64,000 nucleotides of DNA from Saprospiraceae bacterium (GTDB lineage Bacteria; Bacteroidota; Bacteroidia; Chitinophagales; Saprospiraceae), in contig JADKDE010000001.1 in the NCBI GenBank assembly GCA_016718505.1, positions 32,038 through 96,037 of the forward strand, in the 5' to 3' direction. The notes beneath the pieces were generated by a model. The model made no database searches and had not been told where the DNA came from. It saw only the letters and a list, made by a program, of their open reading frames with translations. Both the position numbers and the translations under genes were made by a program. Below are positions 62,545-64,000 of the stretch, one piece after another (position 1 is the first letter of the stretch; the number at the start of each line of letters is the position of its first letter).

Positions 62545-63336
62545 CTAATAATGATAATTAATCGGATTGGTAATATGCTTAGTCAAATAAACTGCAAAAT
62601 TAGGTAATTTATTTCTAATTATATCATAAAATAATTCTATGGTGAATTGTTCGCTTTCAAAATGCCCCATATCCACCAAAGTTATTTGATTATTTGCTTC
62701 AAAAAATTCGTGATATTTAATATCCGCAGTTAAAAAAATATCGGCCCCTTTTTCTATTGCTGCCTTTATTAAAAAAGCTCCAGAACCGCCGCACAATGCT
62801 ACTTTCTGTACATTTTGCTTGAGAATCTTTGTATGCCGCAAAACCGAAACATCGAATGTATTTTTTACATTTTGAAGAAACAAATCTATAGAAATTGTAG
62901 TCGGAAAAGTACCGATTAGACCCGCACCAATATTTGGAAGTTTTTCAACTAAAATACTTGTATTCTCAAGGCCAAGTTTTGCTGCTATCTTTTGATTTAC
63001 ACCATTTAAAAGGACATTATCCAGATTGGTATGGGCCGCATAAATGGCAATATTGTTTTGAATAGCCTTGATGACAACCCTTTCAACATAATGATTTCCA
63101 TTAATTTTCCTTAATCCACCAAAAATGATGGGATGATGCGCAACTATCAAATTGCATCCCAATTCTATGGCTTCATCCACGACCGATTCCAAACTATCCA
63201 AGCATATTAAAATCCCCGTCACTTCTTGCTCCTCATGACCTAAAATCAACCCAGCATTGTCATAAGACTCCTGCAAGTTCAACGGAGCGATATCCTCCAG
63301 CAAACGACATATATCCTTTACCAAAACTTTCGTCAT
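62545..63336 (-). CDS. Nif3-like dinuclear metal-centre protein (YbgI/GTP cyclohydrolase I type 2 homologue family)
   Basis: Motifs are NLIVAHHPIIF, AHTNLD and the C-terminal DMGHFESE. Confidence 0.75.
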   Translation of the reverse strand: MTKVLVKDICRLLEDIAPLNLQESYDNAGLILGHEEQEVTGILICLDSLESVVDEAIELGCNLIVAHHPIIFGGLRKINGNHYVERVVIKAIQNNIAIYAAHTNLDNVLLNGVNQKIAAKLGLENTSILVEKLPNIGAGLIGTFPTTISIDLFLQNVKNTFDVSVLRHTKILKQNVQKVALCGGSGAFLIKAAIEKGADIFLTADIKYHEFFEANNQITLVDMGHFESEQFTIELFYDIIRNKLPNFAVYLTKHITNPINYHY

Positions 63337-63830
63337 GATCCTAGTTTAAGTTTTTCAATAATACTAGAGGACGAATGCCCCTCAATGAATGGAATCGTAA
63401 GAACTTTTCCACCTTGAGATAAAACCCAGTCTGACCCAACGATGGAGTTCGGAAGATAATCTCCCCCTTTGACCAGTATGTCAGGATTAACTGATTTAAT
63501 CAATTCTAGCGGAGTATCGGTATCAAAAACCATTATATAATCTACAAAACTCAAGCACGCCAATTGAAAAATGCGATTAGAAATATTATGAATTGGCCTA
63601 GCTTCCCCTTTCAATCTCTTGACGGAAGCATCGCTGTTTAGCCCAATAATCAACACCTCCCCTAATTCCGCTGCAGCTCTTAAGTAAGACAAATGCCCTG
63701 GGTGTAAAACGTCAAAACAGCCATTGGTGAAAACGACTTTTTGACCCAGCTGTTTGACTTTTTGAACTACGATTCCTCCTTCACTTTCAGTAAGCAGTTT
63801 TGTATCAATAGAATCTTTTGAAGTTCTCAA
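63333..63830 (-). CDS. rfaE2: D-glycero-beta-D-manno-heptose-1-phosphate adenylyltransferase-like cytidylyltransferase (RfaE domain II type)
   Basis: Motifs are VFTNGCFDVLHPGHLSYLRAAAELGEVLIIGLNSDASVKRLKG and the C-terminal EGHSSSSII. The start codon (TTG 63830) is uncertain. Confidence 0.75.
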   Translation of the reverse strand: MRTSKDSIDTKLLTESEGGIVVQKVKQLGQKVVFTNGCFDVLHPGHLSYLRAAAELGEVLIIGLNSDASVKRLKGEARPIHNISNRIFQLACLSFVDYIMVFDTDTPLELIKSVNPDILVKGGDYLPNSIVGSDWVLSQGGKVLTIPFIEGHSSSSIIEKLKLGS

Positions 63831-63851
63831 AATAAAAGTATTGGAGTTGAA

Positions 63852-64000
63852 TTAATCTTTAGCAATTTCTTCTTCTGCATCTAGCAAAAGATGGCTTAGT
63901 TCGACTTTCTTTTTATTAATTAAGGGTAAGCTGATGAAGGCTATAATTCCCATCAAGGTACAATAACCAATTTGGATCGTAAAAAACTGAATATTGGCAA
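63852..64000 (-). CDS. 3' end of an unidentified membrane-protein gene that continues beyond the window
   Basis: The minus-strand frame is open to the window edge and ends ...CTLMGIIAFISLPLINKKKVELSHLLLDAEEEIAKD-stop. It is not in the supplied ORF track because it is partial. Confidence 0.3.
   Translation of the reverse strand, partial: ANIQFFTIQIGYCTLMGIIAFISLPLINKKKVELSHLLLDAEEEIAKD

Noticed and set aside
61754-63336. The adjacent zinc-ribbon coiled-coil gene and Nif3-like gene, considered as a possible novel pair.
   Set aside because: This adjacency (COG1579-type protein next to Nif3/YbgI) is a widely conserved and already noted gene pair in bacteria.
1-64000. I searched the window by eye for CRISPR arrays, tRNA, rRNA or tmRNA genes, reverse transcriptases, restriction-modification or other defence genes, toxin-antitoxin pairs and prophage genes.
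   Set aside because: I found none. The only regular repeats are the coding 69-bp array and the IS termini. A computational scan (tRNAscan-SE, Infernal/Rfam, a CRISPR finder, DefenseFinder or PADLOC) would be needed to exclude small or divergent elements.

Overview
This window looks like a low-GC Bacteroidota chromosomal segment. The supporting signs are T9SS C-terminal sorting domains, an exbB-exbD-exbD-tonB cluster, a MurF-Alr fusion and a TAnnTTTG-type promoter box. The content is mostly housekeeping: rnr, dnaX, psd, secA, recG, corA, ald, kup, pth, mscL, mfd, hppA, rlmN, murF/alr and rfaE2. It also holds two TonB-dependent receptors, several secreted or outer-membrane proteins of unknown function, one giant T9SS adhesin-like protein and one IS element. 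I found no rRNA, tRNA or CRISPR array, and no recognisable defence, toxin-antitoxin, phage or biosynthetic island, so I cannot honestly point to a clear new multi-gene system. Six things deserve a second look. (1) An A10 tract in dnaX sits exactly where gamma and tau diverge, and the tau-length reading continues in the -1 frame. (2) About ten single-base frameshifts occur, nearly all in homopolymers, and several hit essential genes. Base-calling error is therefore the null hypothesis for every frameshift here, including dnaX. (3) A GC-rich dispersed intergenic repeat family has four copies, three of them immediately 3' of a same-strand stop codon. (4) A secreted peptidoglycan-binding protein is built from about 15 units of 23 aa, four of which are near-identical 69-bp DNA repeats. 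(5) A 1.2-kb IS has 24-bp inverted repeats, an 8-bp target duplication, a duplicated right end and a triply frameshifted transposase. (6) Three co-oriented genes encode uncharacterised secreted proteins. All product calls rest on motifs read by eye from the translations. No database search was run.
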